Notes: a model not told the origin generated them from the letters alone. Counted from the stretch's first letter, positions 21,449 to 33,371 are shown. The stretch is DNA of 64,000 nucleotides from Kiritimatiellia bacterium (GCA_050950285.1 JBMNHG010000003.1:678337-742336), one strand, 5' to 3'. Translations and numbers: made by a program.

Positions 21449-22420
21449 TTACGGGGCGTCGCCGGCGTGGAGAATCCAGGCGAGCGAGAGCGCGCCGCGG
21501 ACGACGACGGACTCTCCGAGTTCGGCGGGGACAATGTCGTAGTTGGCGCCGAAGGGCGCGAAGCCGCGCTGGGCGACCTTCCGGCGGAGGGGCGTCCAAA
21601 GGCACCCGCCCATGAGCGAGACGCCGCCGCCGATGACGATGCGCTCGGGGTTCAGCAGCGCCACGACGTTCCCGAGGGCGGCCCCCAGGGCGTCGGTGAC
21701 CTCCTCCATGACCGAGGTCGCCAGCGCGTCGCCGGCCTCGGCGGCCTCGGAGACGTCGCGTGCGGTGACCGCGCCGCCGGTGCGTCCGGCGGCCTTGGCC
21801 AGCAGGGAGCCCGTGCCGGGGTTCCGGGCGAGAAGCGCGGTGGCGCGGCGGCCGATCGACCAGCCGGAGCAGAGGTTTTCGAGCTTTTCGAAGCCGCCGT
21901 CCGGAGAGGCGACCCACGTATGGCCGATTTCGGCGGCGCCGAGGCCTTGTCCTTCGTCGAGGCGCCCGTCGCACACCCAGCCGCCGCCGATCCCGCTGCC
22001 GATGGTCATGTAGAAGAGGCGCCGGAGGCCGCGCCCCGCGCCGAACCGCCATTCGGCCCAGGCGGCGGCGCTGGCGTCGTTCTGCACGATGGCGGGGGCG
22101 CCCCAGCGTTCGCGGGCCCAGGCGGCGAGCTCGAAGTCGTTCCAGCCCGGAACCTGGTGGGAACAGAGGACGCGGCCCGCACGGGAATCGACGGGGCCGC
22201 CGAACCCGATGCCCACGGCGACGGGCTTCCCGCCGGACGCGCCGGCGGCGGCCAGCGCGTCGTCGGCCAGCGCGTCGAGCGTGTCGCGGATGCCGGCGGG
22301 GCCGCGCGCGAGATCGACCGCGCCGCGCGCCGCGCCTTCCACGCGTTCTTCCGAAGAGCCTGCAACCACCTGCAGCTTCGTCCCGCCGATTTCGATTCCC
22401 AGCGCCAGGTCCACGGTCAT
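21449..22420 (-). CDS. ROK family sugar kinase
   Basis: GIEIGGTK, GIGFGGP, QNDASAAAWAE, IGSGIGGG, AEIGH, IVIGGGV; start overlaps the upstream stop. Confidence 0.92.
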   Translation of the reverse strand: MTVDLALGIEIGGTKLQVVAGSSEERVEGAARGAVDLARGPAGIRDTLDALADDALAAAGASGGKPVAVGIGFGGPVDSRAGRVLCSHQVPGWNDFELAAWARERWGAPAIVQNDASAAAWAEWRFGAGRGLRRLFYMTIGSGIGGGWVCDGRLDEGQGLGAAEIGHTWVASPDGGFEKLENLCSGWSIGRRATALLARNPGTGSLLAKAAGRTGGAVTARDVSEAAEAGDALATSVMEEVTDALGAALGNVVALLNPERIVIGGGVSLMGGCLWTPLRRKVAQRGFAPFGANYDIVPAELGESVVVRGALSLAWILHAGDAP

Positions 22421-23523
22421 TCCTCCGGTTCCTCGTCCAACGTGAACGTCACGCTCCAGATGGCGCTGGGCCCCGAGAGCGCCCCGGCATAGAAGACGGC
22501 GTACCAGCGTCCATCGCCCAGCGGGACGAGTGCGGGATAGCCGTAGTCCTCGACCTTGTCGAGCGTCGCGAGACATCCGAGCTTGCGCCATTCGAGCGTG
22601 GCGGCGCCGGCGGTCCACAGGTTGATTTCGCCGCGTCCCCGGGTGCGGTCGAGCCAATGGAAACGGCGTGTCTGCAGGGCGAGCAGCCGGCCCGGCTTCG
22701 CGGGATCCGCGAGGATGCACGGGCTGGGGTGGCCGTGCACGGCGCCGCCGTCGCCCATCACGAGTTCGGGGCCGTTCCAGGTCCCGCCGAGGTCGTCGCT
22801 CGTGAACTGCTGGTATCCGGCGGCGGCGTCGTCGCGGGCGAGGAGCACCAGGCGGCCGTCTGCCAAAGCGACATCCGGCTCGTAGAGTTCCCTGCGGCCG
22901 CAGATGTCCGAAGGGGGTCCCCACGTGCGTCCGCCGTCCCGGGAAAGAGCCGTCCAGAGGCCGCCTTTGGGGCGGTCGGGCGGGCGCGTGTGGCCGAAGA
23001 CGGCGAGGCCGCGTCCGGGAAGGTCGAGGATGTGGCCGAAGACCGATCCGGTTCGGTTGAAGCTGATGGCGCCGGTGTCGACGGCCTCCCAGCTCCGTCC
23101 GGCGTCGGCCGAGCGCCAGCCGAGGATGCCGTTGGCGGTGGTGCCGGCGAACGCCATGCCGAAGAGCAGGACGGCGCCGTCGGGGGCGACGCCCATGGCG
23201 TTGTTGCCCCTGTCCGTCCAGGGCTCCGCGCCGGGCGGGTCCGGCGGGAAGGCCGGCGGGGAGAAGGTGCCGCCGTCATCGGCCGAGACGGCGACCGCGA
23301 CACGGCCGCGGCCTCCGGAGTGGCGGGCGGCGGCGACGCAGGAAAGGACCATCGTGCCATCGGGGAGGCGCACGAGCTTCGGCCACGCGAGGTGGCAGAG
23401 GGCGGGATCGCGCGGGGGTTCCACCGCCACGCGGGGCTCGCCGAAGTCCCCTGCGGAGACGGCGGCATGGAACGGGGCGGACATCGCGCCGCATGCGGCG
23501 GCGGCGAGGAGGGATTTCTTCAT
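22417..23523 (-). CDS. Secreted BNR/Asp-box beta-propeller (sialidase-fold) protein
   Basis: Signal peptide; Asp-boxes SADDGGTF, SADAGRSW, SRDGGRTW, SDDLGGTW; YEP and DYGYP. Confidence 0.82.
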   Translation of the reverse strand: MKKSLLAAAACGAMSAPFHAAVSAGDFGEPRVAVEPPRDPALCHLAWPKLVRLPDGTMVLSCVAAARHSGGRGRVAVAVSADDGGTFSPPAFPPDPPGAEPWTDRGNNAMGVAPDGAVLLFGMAFAGTTANGILGWRSADAGRSWEAVDTGAISFNRTGSVFGHILDLPGRGLAVFGHTRPPDRPKGGLWTALSRDGGRTWGPPSDICGRRELYEPDVALADGRLVLLARDDAAAGYQQFTSDDLGGTWNGPELVMGDGGAVHGHPSPCILADPAKPGRLLALQTRRFHWLDRTRGRGEINLWTAGAATLEWRKLGCLATLDKVEDYGYPALVPLGDGRWYAVFYAGALSGPSAIWSVTFTLDEEPEE

Positions 23524-23541
23524 GCGCTTCCTTCCGTGGCC

Positions 23542-24327
23542 TTATTCCACCGTGAACTCGATGGAGACCGACTTCTGCCGGGCGAGGAACTTCGCGGAGA
23601 GGTTGTCCACGCGCCTCACGCGGCTCATGGCGTCGCGGACCGACCGGTCGATTTCGGCGTTTCCGGAAGAGGTCTCGATGGAGCGGCCGGTGATGTTCCC
23701 GAAGGAATCGAAGGTGATGCGCGCGACAACGGGGCGGGCGCCGTCGCCTCGGGGGGGGCGTTCCCATGCGTCGTAGAAAGCCCGTTTGATCAGCAGGAAG
23801 TTGCGTTGCTGCTCGCCGGGTTCGAGCGTGTCGCGCTGCCCGGGGCGCGCGCCGGCCTTGAGGCGCCTGGCGAGTTCCTCGTTGGAGAGGCTGGTCGGGA
23901 TGGCGGGCGTGTTCTTGGGGCCTCGTACCACGCGCCTGCCCTTCTCGATGGGCTTTTTCCGGGACTCCTTCGGGGGTTCTTTCCTGGATTCCTTCGGCGG
24001 TTCCTTCGGGGGCTCCTTCACGGGCTCGGGAATGGGATCGGGCTCCGGCGGCGGAGGAGGCGGAGGAGGGATGTCGTCCGGCGGCGGCGGGATGTCGGGG
24101 GCGGGAGGATCGTCGGGGATCGGCTCTTCGGGGCCCGGATCGTCGGGGAGTTCCAGGGGGGCGTCAGGGGAGGATTCCACGGCGACGGTGAATTCGATGG
24201 GGAGGATCTCCTCCTGCCTGGAGCTTTTGCAGCCGGCGACGGTGCCGTATCCCACGATGAAAAGGAGGAGCGCCCCGTGCAAGGCGACGGAGATGAAGAA
24301 GCCGGGAATGTACTCGTTCGATCTCAA
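23542..24327 (-). CDS. TonB/TolA-family energy transducer
   Basis: N-terminal TM with SVALH, Pro-rich linker (PPPPPPPEP, EPPKESRK repeats), C-terminal domain AWERP...SSGNAEIDRSV. Confidence 0.88.
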   Translation of the reverse strand: MRSNEYIPGFFISVALHGALLLFIVGYGTVAGCKSSRQEEILPIEFTVAVESSPDAPLELPDDPGPEEPIPDDPPAPDIPPPPDDIPPPPPPPPEPDPIPEPVKEPPKEPPKESRKEPPKESRKKPIEKGRRVVRGPKNTPAIPTSLSNEELARRLKAGARPGQRDTLEPGEQQRNFLLIKRAFYDAWERPPRGDGARPVVARITFDSFGNITGRSIETSSGNAEIDRSVRDAMSRVRRVDNLSAKFLARQKSVSIEFTVE

Positions 24328-24329
24328 GG

Positions 24330-24758
24330 CTAGGGGTGCCGCGTGGATGATTCGGCTTCGGTCACGAGGGCCATTCGAACGATGTTGGAGTTCTTGGCGA
24401 TGCGGAGCACCTCGACGATGCGGCCGTAGGCGAGATCCTCGTCGCCGCGGATGAGGAGGGCGACATCCGGATTTTCACGGATGGCGTCGGCGAAGCGGGC
24501 CTCGAGCTCGTCGTAGCCGACGGGAACGCTGTCGAGGTAGACGCGGCCCTCGTGGTCGAGCGTCACGGAGATGGACTTCGCCTCGTCGATCCGCGATGCG
24601 GATCCGCGCGGGAGCTTCACCTTGATGGCTTGTTCGAGCGAGGGATAGGTGACGATGAAGGCGATGAGCAGCAGGAAGGTGAGGTCGATGATCGGCGTCA
24701 TGTTGACGTCGCCGATGCGTTTGACGTTCGTTCCCTTTCGTGGATTGTTCCGGGGCAT
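24330..24758 (-). CDS. ExbD/TolR family protein
   Basis: DVNMTPIIDLTFLLLIAFIV, LIRGDEDLAYG. Confidence 0.93.
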   Translation of the reverse strand: MPRNNPRKGTNVKRIGDVNMTPIIDLTFLLLIAFIVTYPSLEQAIKVKLPRGSASRIDEAKSISVTLDHEGRVYLDSVPVGYDELEARFADAIRENPDVALLIRGDEDLAYGRIVEVLRIAKNSNIVRMALVTEAESSTRHP

Positions 24759-24803
24759 GGCGGGAGGCGCAGGGGGAGGGGGTGGAAAACGGCGCGCCGT
24801 TTT

Positions 24804-25547
24804 TCAGCGTTGTCGGAAGTCGCACCCGATGCGGCCGTTGAGGTCGTCGGTGAAGCCGTCCATCAGGATGGCGATGTTCTCGATCTTCGCCTGGAGCCAA
24901 TTGTAGCCGATGGCCGTGGGGATGGCAACCAGGAGGCCCACCACGGTGGTCAGCATGGCGGAGGAGAGGGCGGGTGCGACATCGGAGAGCAAGGCGCTGC
25001 CGCTGCGGGCCATCGACTGGAAGGCCATCAGCACGCCGAGCACGGTTCCGAGCAGCCCGAGAAGCGGGGCGGCGGTGACGGCGGTGGCGAGGATGCTCAT
25101 GCCGCTCTCGATTTCGTTCTTCTGCTGGTAGAGGGTGTTTTCGGTGGCGGAACGGACCAGTTCGAGTTCGCTGTCGCCCAGGCCGCGCACGCCGACGTCG
25201 CCGCGCAGCCAGGATTCGAGGCCCGTGGGCCCGAAGAGCTTTGCGAGGCGTTCGCAGGCGGCGCGGTAGATGGTTTCGAGGGGATCCGGGGAGGAGCGGC
25301 CGGAGCGGTAGAGTTCCATCGAGTGGCTCGCCTCGTTGAAGAGGTTGCGGTACGCGGTCGCCCGATGGAAGGTTTCGTTGAGCCTGCGTCCCTTGGAAAT
25401 CATGACGCACCAGGCCACGACGGATATCCCGATCTGGACGAGGACGATGCCCTTGCCGATGGGGTCGGACTGCCTGTAGGCCAGGAAGAGCGCATCCACC
25501 CCCACGAGCGCGAGGGGGAGGGACGGGGGAAGGAGGGAGGAGAACAT
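24804..25547 (-). CDS. MotA/TolQ/ExbB proton-channel protein
   Basis: TAAPLLGLLGTVLG, AMLTTVVGLLVAIPTAIGYN. Confidence 0.93.
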   Translation of the reverse strand: MFSSLLPPSLPLALVGVDALFLAYRQSDPIGKGIVLVQIGISVVAWCVMISKGRRLNETFHRATAYRNLFNEASHSMELYRSGRSSPDPLETIYRAACERLAKLFGPTGLESWLRGDVGVRGLGDSELELVRSATENTLYQQKNEIESGMSILATAVTAAPLLGLLGTVLGVLMAFQSMARSGSALLSDVAPALSSAMLTTVVGLLVAIPTAIGYNWLQAKIENIAILMDGFTDDLNGRIGCDFRQR

Positions 25548-25583
25548 GGGGCCGGGTCGCTTTGGCGGGGGTAGGTGTTCGGT

Positions 25584-26621
25584 TTAGAGGCCTTCCCAGA
25601 CGCGGAGGCCGTAGCGGCTCAGGTAGGTGTCGATCACGCGGACGCCGCCGCCGAGCTCCGTGATTTCGCGGAGCATGTTGCGTTGCCGGGTGCGGGAGGG
25701 GGCGCTCAGGATCGTGAGCGAACCGCCTTCGCCGCCGGCGCCGTTCACCTTCCAGCCGAGGGCGCCGTGGCGGCGGGCCACGTCGATGATGCGGAGGGCG
25801 ATGGGGGAGACGAGCGAGGGATGGAGGTTCGCCTGGGCGTCGGTATTGGCGATCATGGCGCGCCCGAAGGCGGCGAAGTCGCCGGCGAAGAGGGCGTCGC
25901 GGCCGGCGGCGGCGCACTGGCGCAGGGCCTCCAGCTTGGCGCCGCCGGTCTCGCCCGCGGAGCGGAGTTCGTCGATCACGCTTTCGTGGACCTTCGACGA
26001 GTGGTGGGTATGGCCGACGAAGACGAGCGAGATGCGCGACTCCAACTCCCACCAGGTGCTGTTGGGGATGTAGATGGGGGAGACGGCCGAGAAGGGGTAC
26101 TCGTGCATGTCGATGAAGTTGATCCCGCCGAAGGCCGAGCACAGCTGGTCCTGGATGCCGCTCTGCTGGTGGAGGAGGACGGTCTCGACCTCGTGGGCCT
26201 TCGCGGCGACCTCGTGCGGGGTCATCCGGCCCGGGGTGAGCATGTCGAGCGCGCCGATCAAGGCCACGGTCACGGCCGCGGAGGTGCCGGTGGAAGAGCC
26301 GGCGGGAACGGACGAATAGAGCGTGACCTCGATGTCCCGGCCGCGCGGGATCCTCATGATCTCGATGCAGGCCTCGAGGAGGGGGTGGCGGGCGTAGACC
26401 ACCTCCTGGGGATTGATGGTGTAGCGGTCGCCGTAGTTTTCGGCGTGGATGGTGAGGCGGCCTTCGGATTCCGCCGCCGGCGAGACCGTCATCTGGCACT
26501 GCACATAGGGGTACACGCCCATGTTGAGGATGACGCCGCGCTTGGCGAACCAGGTGTCCGTCCAGCCGCCGAGATCGCAGATGCGGATGGGGGCCACGGC
26601 GTTGAGGATTCTCGTTTTCAT
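25584..26621 (-). CDS. GHMP kinase, HddA (heptose-7-phosphate kinase)-like
   Basis: APIRICDLGGWTD, PAGSSTGTSAA, SGIQDQ, GWKVNGAGGEGG. Confidence 0.85.
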   Translation of the reverse strand: MKTRILNAVAPIRICDLGGWTDTWFAKRGVILNMGVYPYVQCQMTVSPAAESEGRLTIHAENYGDRYTINPQEVVYARHPLLEACIEIMRIPRGRDIEVTLYSSVPAGSSTGTSAAVTVALIGALDMLTPGRMTPHEVAAKAHEVETVLLHQQSGIQDQLCSAFGGINFIDMHEYPFSAVSPIYIPNSTWWELESRISLVFVGHTHHSSKVHESVIDELRSAGETGGAKLEALRQCAAAGRDALFAGDFAAFGRAMIANTDAQANLHPSLVSPIALRIIDVARRHGALGWKVNGAGGEGGSLTILSAPSRTRQRNMLREITELGGGVRVIDTYLSRYGLRVWEGL

Positions 26622-26654
26622 GGATGGGAAAGATAGGCGATGGACAGGTGGAAG

Positions 26655-27209
26655 TCAAACCCGCCCGCTCTTCCGCAGGGCGGCGGGAGCGGCGGGGCGG
26701 AGGACGGTGAAGCGCCAGTCGCGCTTGCGGTCGCGTCCGGCGGCATAGCCGATGCCGATGCGGGGCGCCCGGACGAAGGGGGGCCGGGCGCCGTCGTCTT
26801 CGATCCAGAGGCGGCGCGAGAGGGCGAGGTTTTCGCGGTTCAGTTCCCGGGTGATGCGCAGGAGGCGCGTCAGCTTTCCGGGTCCGTCGGCGCCTTCGAC
26901 GCCGCGGACCAGCACCGCCTCCGGATGGTCCTTCGGCCCCGTCACCACGTTGAACATGTCGTGCATGCCGTAGCAGAGGTAGACGTAGGCGAAGCCGCCG
27001 GGGGCATACATCACGTCGGTGCGCGGGGTGCGGCCCTTGCTGGCATGGCAGGCCGTGTCCTCTTCTCCGAAGTAGGCCTCCGTCTCGGTGATTCGCGCGC
27101 GGAGCACCGTGCCGTCCTCCAGCCGCCGGCAGATCCACGTCCCGAGCAGGGCCTCCGCCATGGTCACGGCATCGGCCCGGAAGGCGGAGGATGTCAGGCG
27201 TTTCGGCAT
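26655..27209 (-). CDS. mpg: DNA-3-methyladenine glycosylase (MPG/AAG family)
   Basis: RITETEAY, YVYLCYGMH, AVLVRG, GPGKL, PRIGI, WRF. Confidence 0.93.
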   Translation of the reverse strand: MPKRLTSSAFRADAVTMAEALLGTWICRRLEDGTVLRARITETEAYFGEEDTACHASKGRTPRTDVMYAPGGFAYVYLCYGMHDMFNVVTGPKDHPEAVLVRGVEGADGPGKLTRLLRITRELNRENLALSRRLWIEDDGARPPFVRAPRIGIGYAAGRDRKRDWRFTVLRPAAPAALRKSGRV

Positions 27210-27293
27210 GGGGGGCCGGCGCGCGGGCCGGGCGCGCTGCCCTTCGCGCCCCTTTCCCGGGGTGCGGGGCTCGCGGCGACGTCCGGCGGGGGG

Positions 27294-27740
27294 CTACTGG
27301 ATGGAGCCGAGGGCGATCAGCGTGAAGACCATGGTGAAGATGGCCACGGTCTCGATGATGCCGATGGCGGCGAGGTAGTTCGTGAAGCCCTGGCCGGTCT
27401 CGGCCTGGCTGTCGCACGCGGCGGCGGCGGCGCGGCCCTGGAAGAGGGCGGAGATGCCGATCGCGAAGCCGGCGATGATGCCGAGGAGGATCATGGCGAG
27501 GCCTGCGCCCTGCACGGAGGTCTTGCCGAGCATGACGAACATCAGGATCATGCCGTAGAGGGTCTGCGTGATGGGGGCGCCCACGAACGAGAGCAGCAGG
27601 AAGGGGGCGGGCTTGTTCTGGGCATAGCATTTTTTCCACGCGCCCACTGCGGCGGAGGCGGCATAGCCCGTTCCCAGGGCGGAGCCGGTGGCGCTAAGGC
27701 CCAGGCAAGTGACGGCGCCTACGACAATCATGGGGTCCAT
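27294..27740 (-). CDS. V-type ATPase subunit K (4-TM proteolipid)
   Basis: GSALG, AWKKCY, APITQTLYG, FQG, GIIETVAIF. Confidence 0.93.
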   Translation of the reverse strand: MDPMIVVGAVTCLGLSATGSALGTGYAASAAVGAWKKCYAQNKPAPFLLLSFVGAPITQTLYGMILMFVMLGKTSVQGAGLAMILLGIIAGFAIGISALFQGRAAAAACDSQAETGQGFTNYLAAIGIIETVAIFTMVFTLIALGSIQ

Positions 27741-27770
27741 TTTCGTTCTCCTTTGGTTGGGGTATAGGGG

Positions 27771-29576
27771 TTAGGATCGTTTCCGGAAGGGGTTGAACTC
27801 GTATCCGCTCCAGGAGACGCCCTTGTGGTTCGAGAATTCGAGGGTGTTGAGGCGCACGGCATGCACGAGCACGGAGAGGCCCGCCATGGCGAAGTTGAGC
27901 CCGTGGCCGATCAGCAGGATCAGGACCATCCCGACGGCGAGCACGGCGTTGAGCCAGAAGGGATGCGAGGCCGCGAAGAGTCCCGTGGCCATGTTGTTGA
28001 AGTTTTCGGCGACCTTCACCGAGGCGAGGCCCACCGCGAAGAGGCGCACGTACGAAATGATGTCGCCCAGCGCGCTCATGATGTTCAGCGGGAGCATCCC
28101 CAGTTCGGCGCCGTTGGTCTTGAGTTCGGAGGGTTTCACGGTGAAGCAGAAGACGAGCAGGATGGAGATGCCGCCGACCCCGTAGGCCCAGGAGGGGAAC
28201 GCGTCGAAGACGCCCACGATGGTGTTCGCCACGAGGTACATCGTGAACAGGATGCCCGCCCATCCGAACTCGGCGAGGCAGGTGGTGTCGTTGAGCTTGC
28301 AAAGGGCGTTCCAGATGCGGGCGAGCATGAGGTGGCTCACGCCGATGGTGAAGCAGAGGAGCATCATGGAGCGGTAGCTCGGATCGCCGAGCCAGCGGCT
28401 CACGGGATGGGCGAGGAAGCCGGGGGAGACACCGAACCAGGTGTTCGAGGCGATGCCCCAGAGCACGGTGGCGGCCGAGAAGACCGTCATCATCGTGATC
28501 CACGGCTTCGCGGCGGGGTTCTTCCGGAACTTCCGCGCGGCGGCGAGCGTCGCGGCGAGCAGGAGGATTCCATAGCCGCCGTCGCCTACGATCATCGCGA
28601 AGAAGAGCGAGAAGTAGCAGAGGAACGGCACGGAGACGTCGCTTTCGGTGTAGCCGGGGGCGACGTTCAAGGCGGAGAAGAGCGCGGGGGCGGAGCGGAA
28701 GAAGCGGGGCGGGCGGATGAGCGTGGGCGGCGTTTCGTCGGCGGAGGGCTCGCGCAGGAGCAGGCCCCACCCGTTCTGGCGGGCGGCGGCGCGGAGGGCG
28801 TCGGCCGACTCCTCGGGCGCAAAGCCGGAGAGCCAGCAGACGGGCCCGGCGGTGCCGAGCGCGTCCCGGGCCGCGGCGAAGTCGCGCGCTTCCGCGAGCC
28901 GGTCGAGCGCGGCGTCGAGGGGGGCGCGGTTCTTCGCGGCGGCGGCGAGGGAGGCCAAAATCGCGGCGCGCCGTTTTTCGTTCGCGTCGCGGTCGGCCTC
29001 GATTTCGGAGAGGCGGCGTTCGGGGATCCGGATGCGCTCGGCGCCGTCGGGGGGCGTCCCGTCGCCGAGCATGGCGTAGAAGCGGATCGGCCCGGAGGCG
29101 CCGAGGGGGCGCAGGACCGCCGGACCGGGCGATTCGGGCCGTTCCCCGACGGACACGGAGGCGGGGAGCGAGAAGAGGGTCAGCGGCACGCCGTTCCTGG
29201 CGAGGTCGCGGGCGAGCGCGGGGTCGAAGTCGCCCAGCGGGGCGACGCGGCGATGTTCCTGGGCGAGCTGGCCGGCCTCGGAGTCGAGGGCCGCCAGCTC
29301 CTTCGAGAGGGCGACGGCCTCGTCGAGGTCCGCGGGCGGCGTGGCCGATCCGGCGAGGAGGGGGTCGCACTTCGACGGGGCGGAAGCCACGAGGTCCATC
29401 GCGGCCTCGGCGGCGGCGAGGTCGTTCTCCGCGTCGCGCAGGGAGGCGGAGGGGGCGGAGAAGGCGGTCTCGCCGGCGTCGATGTGGAGCACGCCGAGGG
29501 AGTGGAGCGACTCGAGCGCCTCGTCGCGGTCCTTCGCGAGGCAAAGGACGATCGCGCGTTGCATGGGGACGATCAT
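27771..29576 (-). CDS. V-type ATPase subunit I
   Basis: MIVPM, PGYTESD, FFAMIVGDGGYG, DIISYVRLFAVGLA, HAVRLNTLEF. Confidence 0.95.
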   Translation of the reverse strand: MIVPMQRAIVLCLAKDRDEALESLHSLGVLHIDAGETAFSAPSASLRDAENDLAAAEAAMDLVASAPSKCDPLLAGSATPPADLDEAVALSKELAALDSEAGQLAQEHRRVAPLGDFDPALARDLARNGVPLTLFSLPASVSVGERPESPGPAVLRPLGASGPIRFYAMLGDGTPPDGAERIRIPERRLSEIEADRDANEKRRAAILASLAAAAKNRAPLDAALDRLAEARDFAAARDALGTAGPVCWLSGFAPEESADALRAAARQNGWGLLLREPSADETPPTLIRPPRFFRSAPALFSALNVAPGYTESDVSVPFLCYFSLFFAMIVGDGGYGILLLAATLAAARKFRKNPAAKPWITMMTVFSAATVLWGIASNTWFGVSPGFLAHPVSRWLGDPSYRSMMLLCFTIGVSHLMLARIWNALCKLNDTTCLAEFGWAGILFTMYLVANTIVGVFDAFPSWAYGVGGISILLVFCFTVKPSELKTNGAELGMLPLNIMSALGDIISYVRLFAVGLASVKVAENFNNMATGLFAASHPFWLNAVLAVGMVLILLIGHGLNFAMAGLSVLVHAVRLNTLEFSNHKGVSWSGYEFNPFRKRS

Positions 29577-30184
29577 GCGGCACCTCCCCCTTCGTCTTGG
29601 GCGAAGCGGCTTTTGGCGATTTTGCCGCGCGCGACGGCGGCGGTCTGTTCGTCGTTGAGGAAGATGCGGATTTTGCGGATGTTCTCCTTGCAGTCGGGGA
29701 TTTTGACCTTTTCGAAGAGGTTCACGCGCTGCGAGGTGGTGCGGAGCTCGTGGGAGACGAGCTCGCGCTGGCGGCCGAGGACGGCCGATTCGGCGCGGAG
29801 GGCGAGCAGCCCGGCGATGGCCTCCTGGGCGTCGTCGAACCAGCTGGGGGTCTCGAAGAGGTCGAATTCCGCGCGGTCCATCTCCACGCCCTGGTAGACG
29901 GGGATCGTGACGCCGGCGATGTTGCCGTGTCCGGTGACCATGCGGCGGAGGCGGACGGCGTCCGCGGGGAGCGCGCCGTCCGCGAACAAGGCGGTCCACG
30001 GCGCCATCGCGGCGGCGGCCGCCTCGGCCCGGGCGTCGACCTCGGCGATGCGCGCGGTGATGGCGGCGATCTCCGCCTGGAGCTGCTGCTTCTTCAGCTG
30101 GAGCATCGGCAGGAAGCGCCGGAAGCGGGCCAGCGCGTCCATTTGCGCCTTGAGCTCCGTCTTCGTGTTCTTGATTTTCGCCAT
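29573..30184 (-). CDS. V-type ATPase subunit D
   Basis: TKTELK, LPMLQLKK, TSQRVNLFEKVKIP. Confidence 0.95.
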   Translation of the reverse strand: MAKIKNTKTELKAQMDALARFRRFLPMLQLKKQQLQAEIAAITARIAEVDARAEAAAAAMAPWTALFADGALPADAVRLRRMVTGHGNIAGVTIPVYQGVEMDRAEFDLFETPSWFDDAQEAIAGLLALRAESAVLGRQRELVSHELRTTSQRVNLFEKVKIPDCKENIRKIRIFLNDEQTAAVARGKIAKSRFAQDEGGGAA

Positions 30185-30230
30185 TGGGGGACGGGGGAAG
30201 GGGTTGGAGGAATCGGTCTGGGTGGGGCCA

Positions 30231-31526
<1,296 letters not shown>

Positions 31527-31570
31527 GGCGGGAATCCGGCGGGTGCCTGGGGAAATGGGGCGGCGGGCGG

Positions 31571-33319
31571 TCAGGCCTTCACGGCGTGTTTGGCCACGAG
31601 GGCGCGGATGGCTTCGAGGCGGCGGGAGTATTCGGGATCGCTTTCCGGCACGCGGTGCCAGTCCTTGAAGGCCTGGGTCAGCGAATGGAAGAAGCTCCGA
31701 AGGGCGTCCTTGTCGTCGCCGAAGTCGAAGTCGGCGGCGGAAATGGCCTCCAGCTCGCTGAAAATCTGCTTCTGCCGTTCGATGGGCGTCGCGGCGTCCA
31801 CCTCGTCGAAGGAGTTCTGCTGGAGGTAGACGGCGTCGATCAGCTCGGACTTGAGGTAGACGGCGAAGTCGCGCGCGGTGGTGCCCTCCTCGCCGACGAC
31901 CTTCATCATCTGGGCCACGTCGCCGCCCTGGCGGATGACGTCGTGCAGGACCTCCACGCGGTCGGGATCGATGATGCTCGGGTAGGTGCTCCAGCTTTCG
32001 AGCGGGTCGATGGCCGGATAGCGGCGGGCGTCGGAACGGGCGCGGGAGAGGCCGTGGAAGGCGCCGACGACCTTGAGGGTGGCCTGGGTGACGGGTTCGT
32101 CGAAGTTGCCGCCGGCGGGCGAGACGGTTCCGCCGATGGTCACGGAGCCTTCGCTCCCGTCCTTCAGGCGCACGCGCCCGGCGCGCTCGTAGAAGCCCGC
32201 CACGACGGACTCGAGGTAGGCGGGGAAGGCCTCTTCGCCGGGGATTTCCTCGAGGCGCGCGGACTGTTCGCGCAGCGCCTGGGCCCAGCGGGAGGTGGAG
32301 TCGGCCAGCAGCAGCACCTTCAGGCCCATCATGCGGTAGTAGCCGGCGAGGGTCATCGCGGTGTAGACGGACGCCTCGCGGGCGGCCACGGGCATCGAGC
32401 TCGTGTTGCAGATGAGGATGGTGCGGTCCATCAGCGAGCGGCCGGTGCGCGGATCCTTCAGCGCGGGGAACTCGCGGAGCGTTTCGACGACTTCGCCGGC
32501 GCGTTCGCCGCAGGCGGCGATGATCACGATGTCGACGTCGGCGTTGCGGGAGGTGACCTGCTGCAGCACGGTCTTGCCGGCGCCGAAGGGGCCGGGGATG
32601 CAGTAGGTGCCGCCGAGGGCCACGGGGAAGAAGGTGTCGATGGTGCGCATCTGCGTGACCATCGGGACGGTGGGCTGGAGCCGTTCGACGTAGCCGGGAA
32701 TCGGCTGTTTCACGGGCCAGCGCTGGGAGAGGGTCACGGGCGTTTCGGCGCCGTTGGCGTCGACCAGCGTCGCCACGCGGTCGGGGATGCGGTACTTGCC
32801 GGCCGGGGCGATTTCCTTCACGGCGAGCGTGCCGCGGCATGTGAAGGGCACCATGATGCGGTGCTGGAAGATGCCTTCCGGCACGGTGCCGAGGGTCTCG
32901 GCGCAGGTCACCGTGTCGCCGGGCTTCGCGACGGGGGTGAAGTCCCATTCGACGGAGCGGTCGAGGGCGTCGAGGTAGACGCCGCGCTGGAGGAAGAAGC
33001 CGCACTGTTCCGCGAGCTGGGGGAGCGGGTTCTGCAGGCCGTCGTACACCTGCGTGAGCAGGCCGGGGCCGAGTTCGGCGGAGAGGAGGTCGCCGGTGAA
33101 CTCCACGGGATCGCCGATGGCGAGGTCGCGCGTGGACTCGAACACCTGCATGTCGGCCACGCGCCCGCGGATGCGTACCACTTCGCACATCAGGCGGGCG
33201 GTCGTGCCGTCCGCTCCGGCGACGCGCGCGTAGCCCACTTCGTTCAGGGCCACGGCGCCATCGAACCGCACGAAGATCATGTTGCCGTTCACACCAACGA
33301 TTTTGCCGGTACTTTGCAT
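31571..33319 (-). CDS. V-type ATPase subunit A
   Basis: [38 protein letters not shown]. Confidence 0.97.
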   Translation of the reverse strand: MQSTGKIVGVNGNMIFVRFDGAVALNEVGYARVAGADGTTARLMCEVVRIRGRVADMQVFESTRDLAIGDPVEFTGDLLSAELGPGLLTQVYDGLQNPLPQLAEQCGFFLQRGVYLDALDRSVEWDFTPVAKPGDTVTCAETLGTVPEGIFQHRIMVPFTCRGTLAVKEIAPAGKYRIPDRVATLVDANGAETPVTLSQRWPVKQPIPGYVERLQPTVPMVTQMRTIDTFFPVALGGTYCIPGPFGAGKTVLQQVTSRNADVDIVIIAACGERAGEVVETLREFPALKDPRTGRSLMDRTILICNTSSMPVAAREASVYTAMTLAGYYRMMGLKVLLLADSTSRWAQALREQSARLEEIPGEEAFPAYLESVVAGFYERAGRVRLKDGSEGSVTIGGTVSPAGGNFDEPVTQATLKVVGAFHGLSRARSDARRYPAIDPLESWSTYPSIIDPDRVEVLHDVIRQGGDVAQMMKVVGEEGTTARDFAVYLKSELIDAVYLQQNSFDEVDAATPIERQKQIFSELEAISAADFDFGDDKDALRSFFHSLTQAFKDWHRVPESDPEYSRRLEAIRALVAKHAVKA

Positions 33320-33371
33320 GGAATTCACGTCTTGGGGGCTTGGCGGGAGCGCGGCGGGCGCTCCCCGTTCT

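Noticed and set aside
23950..24170. Pro-rich DNA repeats
   Set aside because: This is the ordinary TonB/TolA periplasmic linker.
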